A DNA stretch of 64,000 nucleotides from a bacterium (lineage in GTDB: Bacteria > UBA8248): assembly GCA_965213685.1 (NCBI GenBank), contig CBDBZY010000044.1:160001-224000 (forward strand), given 5' to 3'. Numbering within the stretch: the stretch's first letter is position 1; each line of letters opens with the position of its first letter. The translations under genes were made by a program, and so were the position numbers. The notes below the pieces were generated by a model. That model saw nothing but the letters and a program-made list of their open reading frames with translations. It ran no database searches and was not told the DNA's origin. Shown in pieces: positions 18,501 to 28,366 of the stretch.

Positions 18501-19676
18501 CTAGAATATGGATGTTTTTTCATTTTGACTCAAAACGGCGTTGGACGCCATTTGCAGGCACTTCTCCGCCCCGGGCGGCATCACCAGCGCGGCGCGCGCG
18601 TCGCGGTGGAAGCGCTGCAGCGGCTTGTCGTGGAGCAGGCCAGGGCCGCCCGCGATTTTGAGGGCCTTCTCCGTCATGGCCGCCGCCGCTTCCGAGGCGG
18701 TGTATTTCGCCTCGTTGATGAAGGGGACGGCCGCCTCCGCCCCCTGGTCCTCCAGTATCCAGGCGGCTTTCTGGATCGTGATGCGCGCGGTTTCGAGGGC
18801 GATTTTCATCTCTCCTATCTGGCGCTGTATGGCGGGATAGCGCGCGATGGGCGCGCCGTCGGGCTGCAGGACGCGCGTCCGCGCGTAGTCCACGACCCAG
18901 TCCATCGCGGCGGCGCCCGTGCCCAGATACACCGCGGCGTATCCGAGGCCGAACCTCGGCACGAAATCGGGCTGCAGGATGTCCTCGCCCCGGCCCACGA
19001 TGTTGCGCGCCGGAACCCGCACGTCCTCGTACGCCATCGCGTGGCTGGCCGTGCCGCGCATGGCGAAGGCGTTCCACCGGCTCGGGATGGTGATGCCCTC
19101 GAGGTTTTTGTCCACCACCGCCCAGCGCAGGCCGGACTTCAGATCCTCCGTCCCCTCGAGCAGGCACCAGACGACGTAATGGTCCGCCTCTCCGGCCATG
19201 GAGCAGAAATACTTTTGGCCGCGGAGGACGTATGCGTCCGCCTCCTTGCGGGCGCGCGTGGTGATGGTGCGGTTCCATTGGGGGCTGGAGCTCGCCTCGC
19301 CCGCGTGGCTGCCGAATATGGCGCCGCCTTGGGCCGCGCCGGCGAAGCGCTTTTTTTGCTCTTCATCCGAGAGGGCGAGGAGAAAGTACAGAATCGTGCT
19401 GTGCATGTGCAGCGTCATGGCGGTGTTCGCGCACCCCTTGCCCAGCTCGTGAAACACCATGGCGTAGCAGACGGGGTCGCTCCAGAGCGCCCGCCCGCCG
19501 TGGGATTCGGGCAGCGTGAGGCGCGTGAAGCCCTCCCCCGTGAGTGCGTCGAAACTCTCGCGCGGGAAGCGCTCCTCCCGGTCGTATTGATCCGCGCGCG
19601 GTGCCAGCACCTCCCGGGCGAGTTTTCGGGCGCGCGCGATCAGCGCCTCGTTTTTCGGAGGAATGCGAAGGTCCAT
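18501..19676 (-). CDS. Acyl-CoA dehydrogenase family protein
   Basis: HMHS, G.KYFCS, AMRGTASH, GGPG, RFHRDAR. Confidence 0.88.
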   Translation of the reverse strand: MDLRIPPKNEALIARARKLAREVLAPRADQYDREERFPRESFDALTGEGFTRLTLPESHGGRALWSDPVCYAMVFHELGKGCANTAMTLHMHSTILYFLLALSDEEQKKRFAGAAQGGAIFGSHAGEASSSPQWNRTITTRARKEADAYVLRGQKYFCSMAGEADHYVVWCLLEGTEDLKSGLRWAVVDKNLEGITIPSRWNAFAMRGTASHAMAYEDVRVPARNIVGRGEDILQPDFVPRFGLGYAAVYLGTGAAAMDWVVDYARTRVLQPDGAPIARYPAIQRQIGEMKIALETARITIQKAAWILEDQGAEAAVPFINEAKYTASEAAAAMTEKALKIAGGPGLLHDKPLQRFHRDARAALVMPPGAEKCLQMASNAVLSQNEKTSIF

Positions 19677-19716
19677 GAATTCCCGTTCAGGCTCCTGAAA
19701 CCGGAGGGACGCCGCC

Positions 19717-21291
19717 CTACGCTTTTTCGCTCAGCAGGCGGCGCAGGATTTTTCCGCTGCCTGATTTTGGAATGGAGTCGATGAGAGCCACCGCGCGGAT
19801 ATGCTTGTAGCCCGCGACCTTGTCGTTCACGAAACCCATCAGCGCCCTCTCGTCAATCCGGGCGCCCTCTCTGGGAACCACGAAGGCCAGGGGTATCTCG
19901 CCGGCCTCGGCGTCCGCCCGGGGGACGACGGCGGCGTCGGCGACGTCCGGGTGCTGGTGCAGGTGCGCCTCCAGCTCGGCGGGCGCCACGGCGAAACCCT
20001 TGTATTTGATCATCTCCTTTTTCCTGTCCATCAGATAGAGGTAGCCCTGCTCGTCCACCCGCCCGATGTCGCCCGTATGGAGCCAGCCGTCGCGGAGGGC
20101 CTCCGCCGTGGCCTCGGGCGCGTTCCAGTAGCCTTTCATGATGTGGGGGCCTCTCAGGATGAGCTCGCCCGCCTCGCCCACGGGCATCTCCCTCTCCCCC
20201 GTTTCCACGTCGACGATCCGTTGCGCCTCATCGGAGACGGGAGGGCCCACGGATTCCTCCCGGATGAGCGCCTCGGCGGGGGGATTCATGTGCGTGAGCG
20301 GCGAGGCCTCGGTGAGGCCGTAGCCCATGAAGGTGAGCACGCCCGTTCTCTGCTGAACGACGCGCCGCACCTCGGACGGAAGGGGCGCCGCCCCGCTCAT
20401 GATGTATCGCAGGGAGGATAGGTCGTATGCGCTGGCGCTCTCATGGTGCGCGATGGCGAGAAGCGCGGGCGGCACGGCATAGAACAGGGTGAGCCTGTGC
20501 TCCTGCACGAGGCGCAAGGCGTCATCCACCGCGAATCGCCTCATCAGCACCTGGGTCGCGCCGGCCAGAACCAGCCCCCCCATGATCATGGTCCCGTAGA
20601 TGTGATACAGCGGCAGAAACAGGAGGCCCGAATCCCTGTCCGTGATGTGATGATTCGCCACGAACTGGTGGTAGTTCGCCACCAGGTTTCTGTGGGTGAG
20701 CATCACGCCCTTGGGCATGCCCGTGGTGCCGCTGGAATAGGGCAGGGCGATGACCTCGCGGGCGAAGTCCATTTGCGGCTCCGGGACGCCCTCCGGCGGA
20801 TGCGCGCCGAGCCACCTCGGGAAATATGGGTGCTCTCCCGCCCCGTCATCGGTCACGACGATGGTCTGGAGTGCGGGGAGGTCCCCCCGCACCCTCTCCG
20901 CGAGGGCGGCGCCCTCCGCCGTGGTTATCAGCATCCGCGCGCCGGAGTCGCCGAGCTGGTGGCGGACCTCGGCTTCCTTGTGCGAGGGGTTCATCGGCGT
21001 GAAGACGACGCCCGCCTTCGATGCGCCAAAGGCTGCGATTTCGAATGCGGCCGAGTTGGGGAGGTACATGCCGACCCGATCCCCCCTCCGCAGCCCCTCC
21101 GCCAGGATGGCGCGGGCGCAGGCGTTCGAGAGCGCGTCGAGTTCCCGGAAACTCATGCGGACGTCGCCGTCCACCAGGGCGATGGCGTCCGGGCGGCGCG
21201 CGCACGCGATTTTCAGCAGCCCGTGAAACGCGCAGTCGGGATACTCCAGCGGGGGCCGAAAATAAGGGGGGAGATGGACGCTTTGGCGCAT
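19717..21291 (-). CDS. AMP-dependent acyl-CoA ligase (4-coumarate/long-chain type)
   Basis: YSSGTTGMPKG, GYGLTE, LHTGDIG, PKSGSGKILRR. Confidence 0.92.
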   Translation of the reverse strand: MRQSVHLPPYFRPPLEYPDCAFHGLLKIACARRPDAIALVDGDVRMSFRELDALSNACARAILAEGLRRGDRVGMYLPNSAAFEIAAFGASKAGVVFTPMNPSHKEAEVRHQLGDSGARMLITTAEGAALAERVRGDLPALQTIVVTDDGAGEHPYFPRWLGAHPPEGVPEPQMDFAREVIALPYSSGTTGMPKGVMLTHRNLVANYHQFVANHHITDRDSGLLFLPLYHIYGTMIMGGLVLAGATQVLMRRFAVDDALRLVQEHRLTLFYAVPPALLAIAHHESASAYDLSSLRYIMSGAAPLPSEVRRVVQQRTGVLTFMGYGLTEASPLTHMNPPAEALIREESVGPPVSDEAQRIVDVETGEREMPVGEAGELILRGPHIMKGYWNAPEATAEALRDGWLHTGDIGRVDEQGYLYLMDRKKEMIKYKGFAVAPAELEAHLHQHPDVADAAVVPRADAEAGEIPLAFVVPREGARIDERALMGFVNDKVAGYKHIRAVALIDSIPKSGSGKILRRLLSEKA

Positions 21292-21294
21292 CGG

Positions 21295-22470
21295 CTATGA
21301 CCCCAGGACGTTGGCGCTGCCCTCCAGAACCGCCTTGGCGGTGAGCTCCAGGCATTTTTCCGTGTTGGGCGGCATGACGAGGCCCGCTCTCGCCTCGCGG
21401 TGGAAGCGCTGGAGGGGATTGTGCCGGAACAGCCCCGGTCCGCCGGCCACCTTGAGGGCCTTCTCCGTGATGAAGGCGGAGGCTTCCGCGCAAACGTATT
21501 TCGCCTCGTTGATGGCGCCGTAGGCCTTCTCCGCGCCGTGGGCGTTGATCATCCAGCCCGCCCTCTGGAGCATGAGGAGCGCCCCTTCGAGCGCGATTTT
21601 CATCTCCCCTATCTGGCGCTGTATGGCGGGGTAGGAGGCGATGGGCACGTTGTCGGGCATGAGCTTTCTGGTCTGCGCGTAGCGCACCGCCCAGTCGAAG
21701 GCGCCGCCGCCCGCGCCCAGGTAGACGGCGGAGTAGCCATAGCCGAATTTGGGCAGCACGTCCGGGCGTATCGGGTCTCCGCCCTGGCCCACCAAATCCC
21801 GCGCCGGTATTTTCACGTCCTCGTATATCATGGAGTGGCTCATCGTTCCGCGCATGGCGAAGGCGTTCCACTCCTGATCGATCCGGAAGCCGGGCGCGCT
21901 CGAGGGCGCGATGAGCAGGCCCAGGCTTTTCGTCAGGTCCTCCTCCTCCTCCAGCTGCACCCAAAGCACGTAATAGTCCGCCTCGCCGGCCATGGAGCAA
22001 AAGTATTTCCTGCCGTTGACCCTGTAGACGTCGCCCTCGCGCCGGGCCTTCGTCTCCATGCGCCATACCCCGTGAAGGCTCGAGGTGTTCTCGCTCGCGT
22101 AGCTGGCGATGATTTTCCCGCTGCGGATGATTTCGGCGTACCTGCGCGTCTGCTCGTCCGTCCCCAGATAGGTGATGACGTGCGCGATGGAGCTGTGCAT
22201 GTGAAAGAGCATGGCCGTGTTCGTGCAGCCCTTCGAGAGTTCGTAGAGCACCATCGAATAGGTGGCGGCGTCCTCATACAGGGAGCGGCCGCCCAGCTCC
22301 CTGGGGAGCGTCAGGGAGGTGAAGCCCTCCCGGGCGAGGTCGTTGAAATTTTCGCGGGGAAAGATTCCCTCCTGGTCGATTTTCTCGGCTCTCGGGGCCA
22401 GGATTTCCCTTGCGTAGGTTTTCGCGCGTTCGAGCAAATCCTCGTTTTCAGGGTTGATCCGAAAATCCAC
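21295..22470 (-). CDS. Acyl-CoA dehydrogenase family protein (paralog of 18501..19676)
   Basis: HMHS, NGRKYFCS, AMRGTMSH, RFHREAR. Confidence 0.88.
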   Translation of the reverse strand: MDFRINPENEDLLERAKTYAREILAPRAEKIDQEGIFPRENFNDLAREGFTSLTLPRELGGRSLYEDAATYSMVLYELSKGCTNTAMLFHMHSSIAHVITYLGTDEQTRRYAEIIRSGKIIASYASENTSSLHGVWRMETKARREGDVYRVNGRKYFCSMAGEADYYVLWVQLEEEEDLTKSLGLLIAPSSAPGFRIDQEWNAFAMRGTMSHSMIYEDVKIPARDLVGQGGDPIRPDVLPKFGYGYSAVYLGAGGGAFDWAVRYAQTRKLMPDNVPIASYPAIQRQIGEMKIALEGALLMLQRAGWMINAHGAEKAYGAINEAKYVCAEASAFITEKALKVAGGPGLFRHNPLQRFHREARAGLVMPPNTEKCLELTAKAVLEGSANVLGS

Positions 22471-22503
22471 CAGCCAGTTCCCTCATGTTCATCCAGCGGA
22501 AAT

Positions 22504-23661
22504 CTACGCGCCCCCGATAGTCCAGTCCCGCCCGTCGTCGCCGTAGCCCTCCGAGCCGTCTTCGGTGACGACCACGGTGTCCTCGAGTTTCACGAAGCCC
22601 ACCTCGGGGTTCTTCAGGTCGGTCTCGATGGACAGCACCATTCCGGTTTCGAGCCCCCTGCTCTCGTAGGTGGCGGGGTAGGGCACGACGCCGGAGGACG
22701 TGAGATGCGGCGCTTCGTGCTGGATGATGCCCATGCCGTGGGCGAGGAAGACCATCGCCTCGCCGTGGTCGCACCTGGCCTGCTCGGCGAGGGCGGCTTC
22801 ATAGATTTCGCGTCCGGTGACCCCCGGGCGCACGACCGCGCGGGCGGCCGCCTGCACCGCCTGGATTTCGCCGAGCAAATCCTCCATGAGCGGCGTGGGC
22901 TCGCCCATGACGGCCATGCGACAAAGGTCGCCTAGGTATCCTTGCTTGTTGCCGCCGGAATCGAGCGAGAGGATGTTCCCCTCGTCCCATGTGGCGTTCG
23001 AGGGCGCGCGGTTGTAGCTGGGGCCCGTGCAGGTGAGGCAGTACTCGAAATCGAGCCCTTTCCGGGTTTCGATTCTTCGCATCTCCTCGGCGATTTCGTA
23101 TGTGGTGGCACCGGGAGGGGTGCTCTGCATGACGCTGAGCATACATTCGACGATCGCCTCGGAGGCTTCCCGCAACAGGGTGAGTTCATTCTCCCGCTTC
23201 ACCGCCCGCAACTCTTCGAGCATATGCACGGCGTCGACGAACCTGGCGTCCGGCAACTCTTCCTGAAGCGCCTCGTAGGTGTCCGCCGGAAGGAAGCATT
23301 TCTCCACGGCGACCGTCCCCTTCTCGTGGCCGAGCCTGCGGATGAGGTCGGCTGCGTCCTTCCCCGCCTGGTCGCTGTGCCACTGGTTGTTCCGCTTCTC
23401 TGGCACCCATACAGGTTCGACCTCCTGCTGCCAGCCCTCCATGACGTTGCCGATGTAGAACGCCTTGTCGGACGCGCCCCTCGGCAGGCCCACCATCGGC
23501 AGATAGCGGCTGACGCCGATGGCGTCCTTGTGGGCGAAGAAGAAGAATTTATAGCCGCCGAGCAGGTACTGGACGTTTTCTTTCGAGGAGGCAAGCACGA
23601 CGTCCGCACCCTCGTCCTCCATCAGGGCGTTGAGCTTCTCTTCATCAAAGGGCAAGGTCAT
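22504..23661 (-). CDS. M24 (Xaa-Pro peptidase/creatinase-fold) protein
   Basis: LRAVK, D...GY.GD..R, HGMG, E, LEDTVVV. Confidence 0.85.
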   Translation of the reverse strand: MTLPFDEEKLNALMEDEGADVVLASSKENVQYLLGGYKFFFFAHKDAIGVSRYLPMVGLPRGASDKAFYIGNVMEGWQQEVEPVWVPEKRNNQWHSDQAGKDAADLIRRLGHEKGTVAVEKCFLPADTYEALQEELPDARFVDAVHMLEELRAVKRENELTLLREASEAIVECMLSVMQSTPPGATTYEIAEEMRRIETRKGLDFEYCLTCTGPSYNRAPSNATWDEGNILSLDSGGNKQGYLGDLCRMAVMGEPTPLMEDLLGEIQAVQAAARAVVRPGVTGREIYEAALAEQARCDHGEAMVFLAHGMGIIQHEAPHLTSSGVVPYPATYESRGLETGMVLSIETDLKNPEVGFVKLEDTVVVTEDGSEGYGDDGRDWTIGGA

Positions 23662-23906
23662 GGCCGGTTCCTCTCCAATGTGGGATGCGCAAGGTGCTTT
23701 TCCGGATCGCATGTCAAGGTATCAACAAATGCCCGTCTCCCGGAGGTGGAGGAAGTATCGGAGGATGCGCTGTCCTGACGGGTGGTCGGGCAACGCTTCG
23801 TAAATGAGAAAGCGTGTCATGCGGGTCTGAAAAAAGCAAGCGCACCAGCCGCCCATGACGCCGCCGCCGTTCGCGTCCGGGCGCATGCCGCTTTCCCCCC
23901 AAGGTA

Positions 23907-24683
23907 TCAGAACTGGACGAAGCCGCCGTCCACGTTAATGGCCTGCCCGGTGATGCCGCCGGAGTCGTCGCACGCCAGGAGAAGCGCCAGCGGGGCGCAT
24001 TCTTCCGCGTCGATGAAACGCTTCATCGGCACCCTGTTTCTCAGCGCCTCCGCCTGCTCTTCAAAAGTCCTGCCCGTCTCGTCGGCCCATCTCTGGATGC
24101 TCTCCTCGAACATGGGGGTGGAGACGAAGGTGGGACAGATGCAGTTCGCCGTGATGCCGAACGGGGCGACTTCGGCGGAGAGTGCCTTGGTGAGGCCCAG
24201 GACGGCGTGTTTCGACGCCGCGTAGGCGCTCCTGTAGGCCAGTCCGATTTTGCCCGAGACGGACGCCACGTTGATGATCTTGCCGGATTTGCGCGCGAGC
24301 ATGGAGGGCAGAACCTCCCGAATCGCCGTGAACGGGGCTTTCGCGTTGATCTGCATGGTGCGCTCCCACACCTCGTCGGGAAGCGCGTGCACCGCCTCGA
24401 AGCTCACGACGCCGGCGTTGTTCACCAGGATGTCTATCGGGCCGAGGGTGCGCGCCGTTTCGCGCAGCGCATCGAGGATGTCCTGATCCCGCATGACGTC
24501 GCACCGGCAGACGAGCGCCTCCCGCCCCATCGCCCCTATCTCCCTGGCGAGCGCCTCGAGTTTGCCCGTGGAGCGGGCGGCGAGGGCGAGGTTCGCCCCC
24601 TCTGCGGCGAAGGCGCGCGCGATGGCACCACCGATGCCGCCGGATGCGCCCGTGATGAATGCGACCTTGTCTTTGAGTTTCAT
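23907..24683 (-). CDS. SDR oxidoreductase (3-hydroxybutyrate dehydrogenase-like)
   Basis: TGASGGIG, NNAG, YAASK. Confidence 0.9.
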   Translation of the reverse strand: MKLKDKVAFITGASGGIGGAIARAFAAEGANLALAARSTGKLEALAREIGAMGREALVCRCDVMRDQDILDALRETARTLGPIDILVNNAGVVSFEAVHALPDEVWERTMQINAKAPFTAIREVLPSMLARKSGKIINVASVSGKIGLAYRSAYAASKHAVLGLTKALSAEVAPFGITANCICPTFVSTPMFEESIQRWADETGRTFEEQAEALRNRVPMKRFIDAEECAPLALLLACDDSGGITGQAINVDGGFVQF

Positions 24684-24792
24684 GCGTTCTCCCTGGTGGA
24701 TGAGATGAATGGTCGATAGCCCCCTCCCATGCGCCGCCTCTTCCGGGAGCTTGCCGGGGAGGACGCGCCCCCCGGCTTTCGGGAGCGCCTCC

Positions 24793-26058
24793 TCAGCGGC
24801 AGACCTCCCGGACGATGGCCTCGAATTCCGCATCCTCCAGCTGCCGCTTGCGCCAGCGGATTTCCCCCCGGACCCGCTCGACCACGTCTTTTTCCTTCTC
24901 CTGCGGGAGGTCGAGGCCCAGCTCCCGCGCCTTGGCGCGTATCGCCCAGTTTCCCGAATAGTGCCCCAAAAGATTGTGCATCCGGTTTCCGAACATCTCC
25001 GGCTTCATGCACGAATACGCCCAGAAGCCCTCCTCGGTGTCGGGCACGCAATAGTGGACCTCGACCAGGTGCGAGAACGCCGTCTTGCCGACGAAGGGCA
25101 TGGTGTTCGTCATGGGCCACTTCATGATGTCGGAGACGAGCCTGGAGAGTTCAGACATTTTCTCGAGCCGGATGCCGCAGTCGATCCCGTAATAAATCTG
25201 GATCACGGCGGCGACCTCGGCCAGGGGCGCGATGTGGGCGCGCTCGCCCAGGCCGTTCACGCAGGCGTCGAGCAGGTCGGCGCCGCCCTCCAGCCCCGCA
25301 TACAGCGCGGCGCACGCCAGGCCGATGTCGTTGTGGGTGTGCAGGCCGATTTGCGTGCCGGGCAGCAGGCGCTTCATCTCGCGGACGACGTAGGTGTATA
25401 CCGGCGCGATGGCCATGCCGTTGATGTCGTCGAGCTTGATCATGTCGGCGCCCGCGTCCACGAGTCCGCCGCATACCTCGGCCAGCCGCTCGATGGGAAT
25501 GCGCGTGCAGTCCTGGATCAGGCAGCCCACCTTCTTGTCGGCGCCGGACTTCTCCCGGGCGTAGGCCACGGAGCCGCAGGCGCGCTCTATGGCCTGCTCG
25601 ATGGTGATGTCCCGGTCTCCGGCCATCGATTCAAAAAGGCACATCTGGTTCGGCGAGAAGGAAAAGCAAAGGGTCGTGTAATCCGCCCCGTGCTCCACGT
25701 TCAGGTCGACTTCCACCTTGGCGAGTTCGGGGTTCAGGACGGCGGTGGGATGGACGAGGGCCTCCACGATGAGGTGCGGATGCCGCTTTTTCACCTCCTC
25801 CATCTCCTTGGGGTCGTCGTGGTGCATCTGCACCATGCGCACGCCGGCGTCGACGAGCGCATCGGCGATGCGGATGACCTCATCGCGCCGCAAGGACACG
25901 CCGGGGAGCTGCCGCCCCTCCCGCAAGGTGATGTCGCAGAGCTGGAATTTCTCGGGAAGCGTCATCCGCGAGCGGATCTCCTCCGAGAAGCAGTGCTGCG
26001 ATATCCTCCACTGCTCGGTGACGGGTCGCAAGTCGCTGTTGACCGGATAGCCTGGCAT
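24793..26058 (-). CDS. DRE-TIM metallolyase (LeuA/homocitrate synthase-like, no regulatory domain)
   Basis: DITLREGRQ, HTHNDIG, NGLGERA, GKTAFSH, LGHYSG. Confidence 0.82.
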   Translation of the reverse strand: MPGYPVNSDLRPVTEQWRISQHCFSEEIRSRMTLPEKFQLCDITLREGRQLPGVSLRRDEVIRIADALVDAGVRMVQMHHDDPKEMEEVKKRHPHLIVEALVHPTAVLNPELAKVEVDLNVEHGADYTTLCFSFSPNQMCLFESMAGDRDITIEQAIERACGSVAYAREKSGADKKVGCLIQDCTRIPIERLAEVCGGLVDAGADMIKLDDINGMAIAPVYTYVVREMKRLLPGTQIGLHTHNDIGLACAALYAGLEGGADLLDACVNGLGERAHIAPLAEVAAVIQIYYGIDCGIRLEKMSELSRLVSDIMKWPMTNTMPFVGKTAFSHLVEVHYCVPDTEEGFWAYSCMKPEMFGNRMHNLLGHYSGNWAIRAKARELGLDLPQEKEKDVVERVRGEIRWRKRQLEDAEFEAIVREVCR

Positions 26059-26141
26059 TCCAGCCTCCTTTTCTCTGATGGGATGACGCCGCCGCCGCGC
26101 GGCGATGCGGGAAAACGGACGATCCGTGACGCATGGGCATA

Positions 26142-27242
26142 TCAGCACCCGCTTTTTCTGTCGGGGGCGATTTGGAGAATCTCCGCTGATTGCAGGACTT
26201 CGCTCTCGGACGCGCCCCCCGCCACGAGAATCCGCCGCCTCCCGATCCGGGTGGCGGTGTGCAGGCGCCTGGGACGTTTCATCTCGCCGCCCACCAGCCG
26301 GAAGCAGCCCCCCTCGGGTTCAAACACCTCCGCGCTGGCCAGGGTCCGGCCCCCGCCGCCCCAGCCCCCGATGAGAACGACCCTGCCGTCTGCGAGCAAT
26401 GTGGCGGTGTGCTGCTGCCGCCGCACCCGCAGTTTGTTTTTCAGGGAGACGAAAGTTTCCGTTTCGGGGTCGAACACCTCCGCGCTGTCCAGCGTTTTCT
26501 CCCTCCCGAGGCCGCCCGTGATGAGGACGCGCCCGTCTCGCAGCCGGGTGGCGGTATGTCGGCTCCTTTGTGTCGTGAGGCTTCTCACCAGGCGCGTTCT
26601 CCCCTGGGAGGGGATATAGCGCTCCGCGTATCGCGCCGCCCGTCCCTGTGCGCCGCCGACGAGGAGGATGGCGCCTCCCTCCAGCATGGTGGCGCTGTGC
26701 TGCTGGCGCGCGACGAGCATGGGCCTTCGCGCGGGGGTGAAACGCCCCTCGTCGGCCGCGTAGATTTCCAGGTGGCGAACCGCGCGCTTCCCGTCGTTGC
26801 CGCCGGCGATGAGGAGGTCTCCGCCGGGCAGTCTCGTCGCCGTGTGATCATAGCGGCCATGCTTCATCAGGACGCGCGAGACGGGGCCTCCGCCGGGTTG
26901 TATGAGGAGGGAATCCCGGAGCGCCTCGCCCCCTTGCGTCCAGCCGCCGGAGATGAGGACGCCGCCCTTCAGGAGGGTGGCCTTGTGCCAGCCGCGCGCC
27001 CGCAGGCCTGCAGCCTGGCGGGAGCGAAAAACTCCCTGGAGCGGGTGGTATGTTTCCAGGCTGGCGAGCGGGGAGGTTTTTGTGAGTCCCGCGATGAGCA
27101 GGATTTCCCCGGATGCGAGCCTCGTGGCGGTATGCCCGTGCCGGGGGGTGCCCATGCTTCCCGCCGGGGAGAAATCCCCCTCGCCGCCGCAGGCGGCCAG
27201 GGCGACGCCGAGCAGAAAGCATGCGGCCGTTCGCGTTCCCAT
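26142..27242 (-). CDS. Kelch-repeat beta-propeller lipoprotein
   Basis: Lipobox LAAC; about six R..HTAT.L..G.VL..GG repeats. Confidence 0.85.
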   Translation of the reverse strand: MGTRTAACFLLGVALAACGGEGDFSPAGSMGTPRHGHTATRLASGEILLIAGLTKTSPLASLETYHPLQGVFRSRQAAGLRARGWHKATLLKGGVLISGGWTQGGEALRDSLLIQPGGGPVSRVLMKHGRYDHTATRLPGGDLLIAGGNDGKRAVRHLEIYAADEGRFTPARRPMLVARQQHSATMLEGGAILLVGGAQGRAARYAERYIPSQGRTRLVRSLTTQRSRHTATRLRDGRVLITGGLGREKTLDSAEVFDPETETFVSLKNKLRVRRQQHTATLLADGRVVLIGGWGGGGRTLASAEVFEPEGGCFRLVGGEMKRPRRLHTATRIGRRRILVAGGASESEVLQSAEILQIAPDRKSGC

Positions 27243-27363
27243 CTCGCCCGCCCTTTCGTTTGGCCCGCCCGGGAGGGGGAGGCTTCTTCCCGAAAGCCCC
27301 CCGGAGTCATGTATGGTATAATAGTTTCTCATGTTCAAAATCCATTCCGTGCGTGGAGCCGTT

Positions 27364-28311
27364 ATGCGCGAGGCGGAGGAGGTGCGAAACGTCGCGGTCG
27401 TCGGCGGCGGATATGTGGGCCGGGGCGTGGCGCAGCAGTTCGCGGGGGCGAACTTTCGCGTCCTGGTGTACAACCGAAGCGCGGAGAGCGCCGCCCGTGC
27501 GCGCGCGGAAGTCGAAAAAAGCCTGGACATCCTCGTCGAGGCCGGCGTGAAGAGCAGGGGGGACGCGCGCGATATTCTGGAGCGCATCGCCTGGACCCGA
27601 AACTTCCGGGAGGCCGTCTCGGGCGGCGATTTCGTCGTGGAGGCGGTCAGCGAAGACTTGGCGCTCAAGCGGGATGTCTTCGAGCGGATGGATGCGATAG
27701 CTCCTCCGGACGTGATACTGGCGAGCGAAACCTCCGGCCTGGGGATGACGGAAATCTCGGCGCGGACGAGGCGCCCCGAGCGCTGCATCGTTACGCACAA
27801 TTATACGCCGCCTCACCTGATCCCCGTCGTGGAGGTGGCGGCCGGCCGCCGGACGAGCCCGGAGACGACGCGCATCACGTGCGCGCTGCTGGAAAAATCG
27901 GGCAAGCGGCCCGTCCTGTGCCGGGAGGTGCCGGGGCACATCGGGGTGCGGCTCACGACGGCGCTCCGGCGCGAGGCGTTTCACATCGTCGAAAAAGGGC
28001 ATGCGAGCCCCGAGGCCGTCGACGCCGTGTGGCGCGCCCTCGCCCCCCTTTTCCCGGTGTTGGGGGTGTGCATGCTCAGCGATTTCTCCGGCCTCGACGT
28101 GCTGCGCGACGTGCATCGGCATATCCAGCCCTCTCTGGATCACCGGGGGGAAGCCTCCGCCCTCATGGAGCGGATGGTGGAGAACAACCGGCTCGGCGTG
28201 AAGAGCGGCGAGGGGTTCTATCGCTGGTCGGCGGAGTCCGCCCGCGAGGCGGCACAGCGGCGGGATGCGGAGCTGATTCGCTGGCTCGGGAAAGGCGACG
28301 CTTCGGAATAG
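27364..28311 (+). CDS. 3-hydroxyacyl-CoA dehydrogenase family
   Basis: GGGYVG, VEAVSEDL..K, LASETS, EVPGHIG.RL. Confidence 0.9.
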   Translation: MREAEEVRNVAVVGGGYVGRGVAQQFAGANFRVLVYNRSAESAARARAEVEKSLDILVEAGVKSRGDARDILERIAWTRNFREAVSGGDFVVEAVSEDLALKRDVFERMDAIAPPDVILASETSGLGMTEISARTRRPERCIVTHNYTPPHLIPVVEVAAGRRTSPETTRITCALLEKSGKRPVLCREVPGHIGVRLTTALRREAFHIVEKGHASPEAVDAVWRALAPLFPVLGVCMLSDFSGLDVLRDVHRHIQPSLDHRGEASALMERMVENNRLGVKSGEGFYRWSAESAREAAQRRDAELIRWLGKGDASE

Positions 28312-28366
28312 GGGCGGGTTCAAAACGCATGGATGCACTTTCATTCGTCATTCGGGAGGGACGCGC

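Noticed and set aside
27015-27026. 12-nt match to the tRNA-Sec 3' end (possible att site)
   Set aside because: Short, GC-rich, inside an intact Kelch gene, and no integrase in the window
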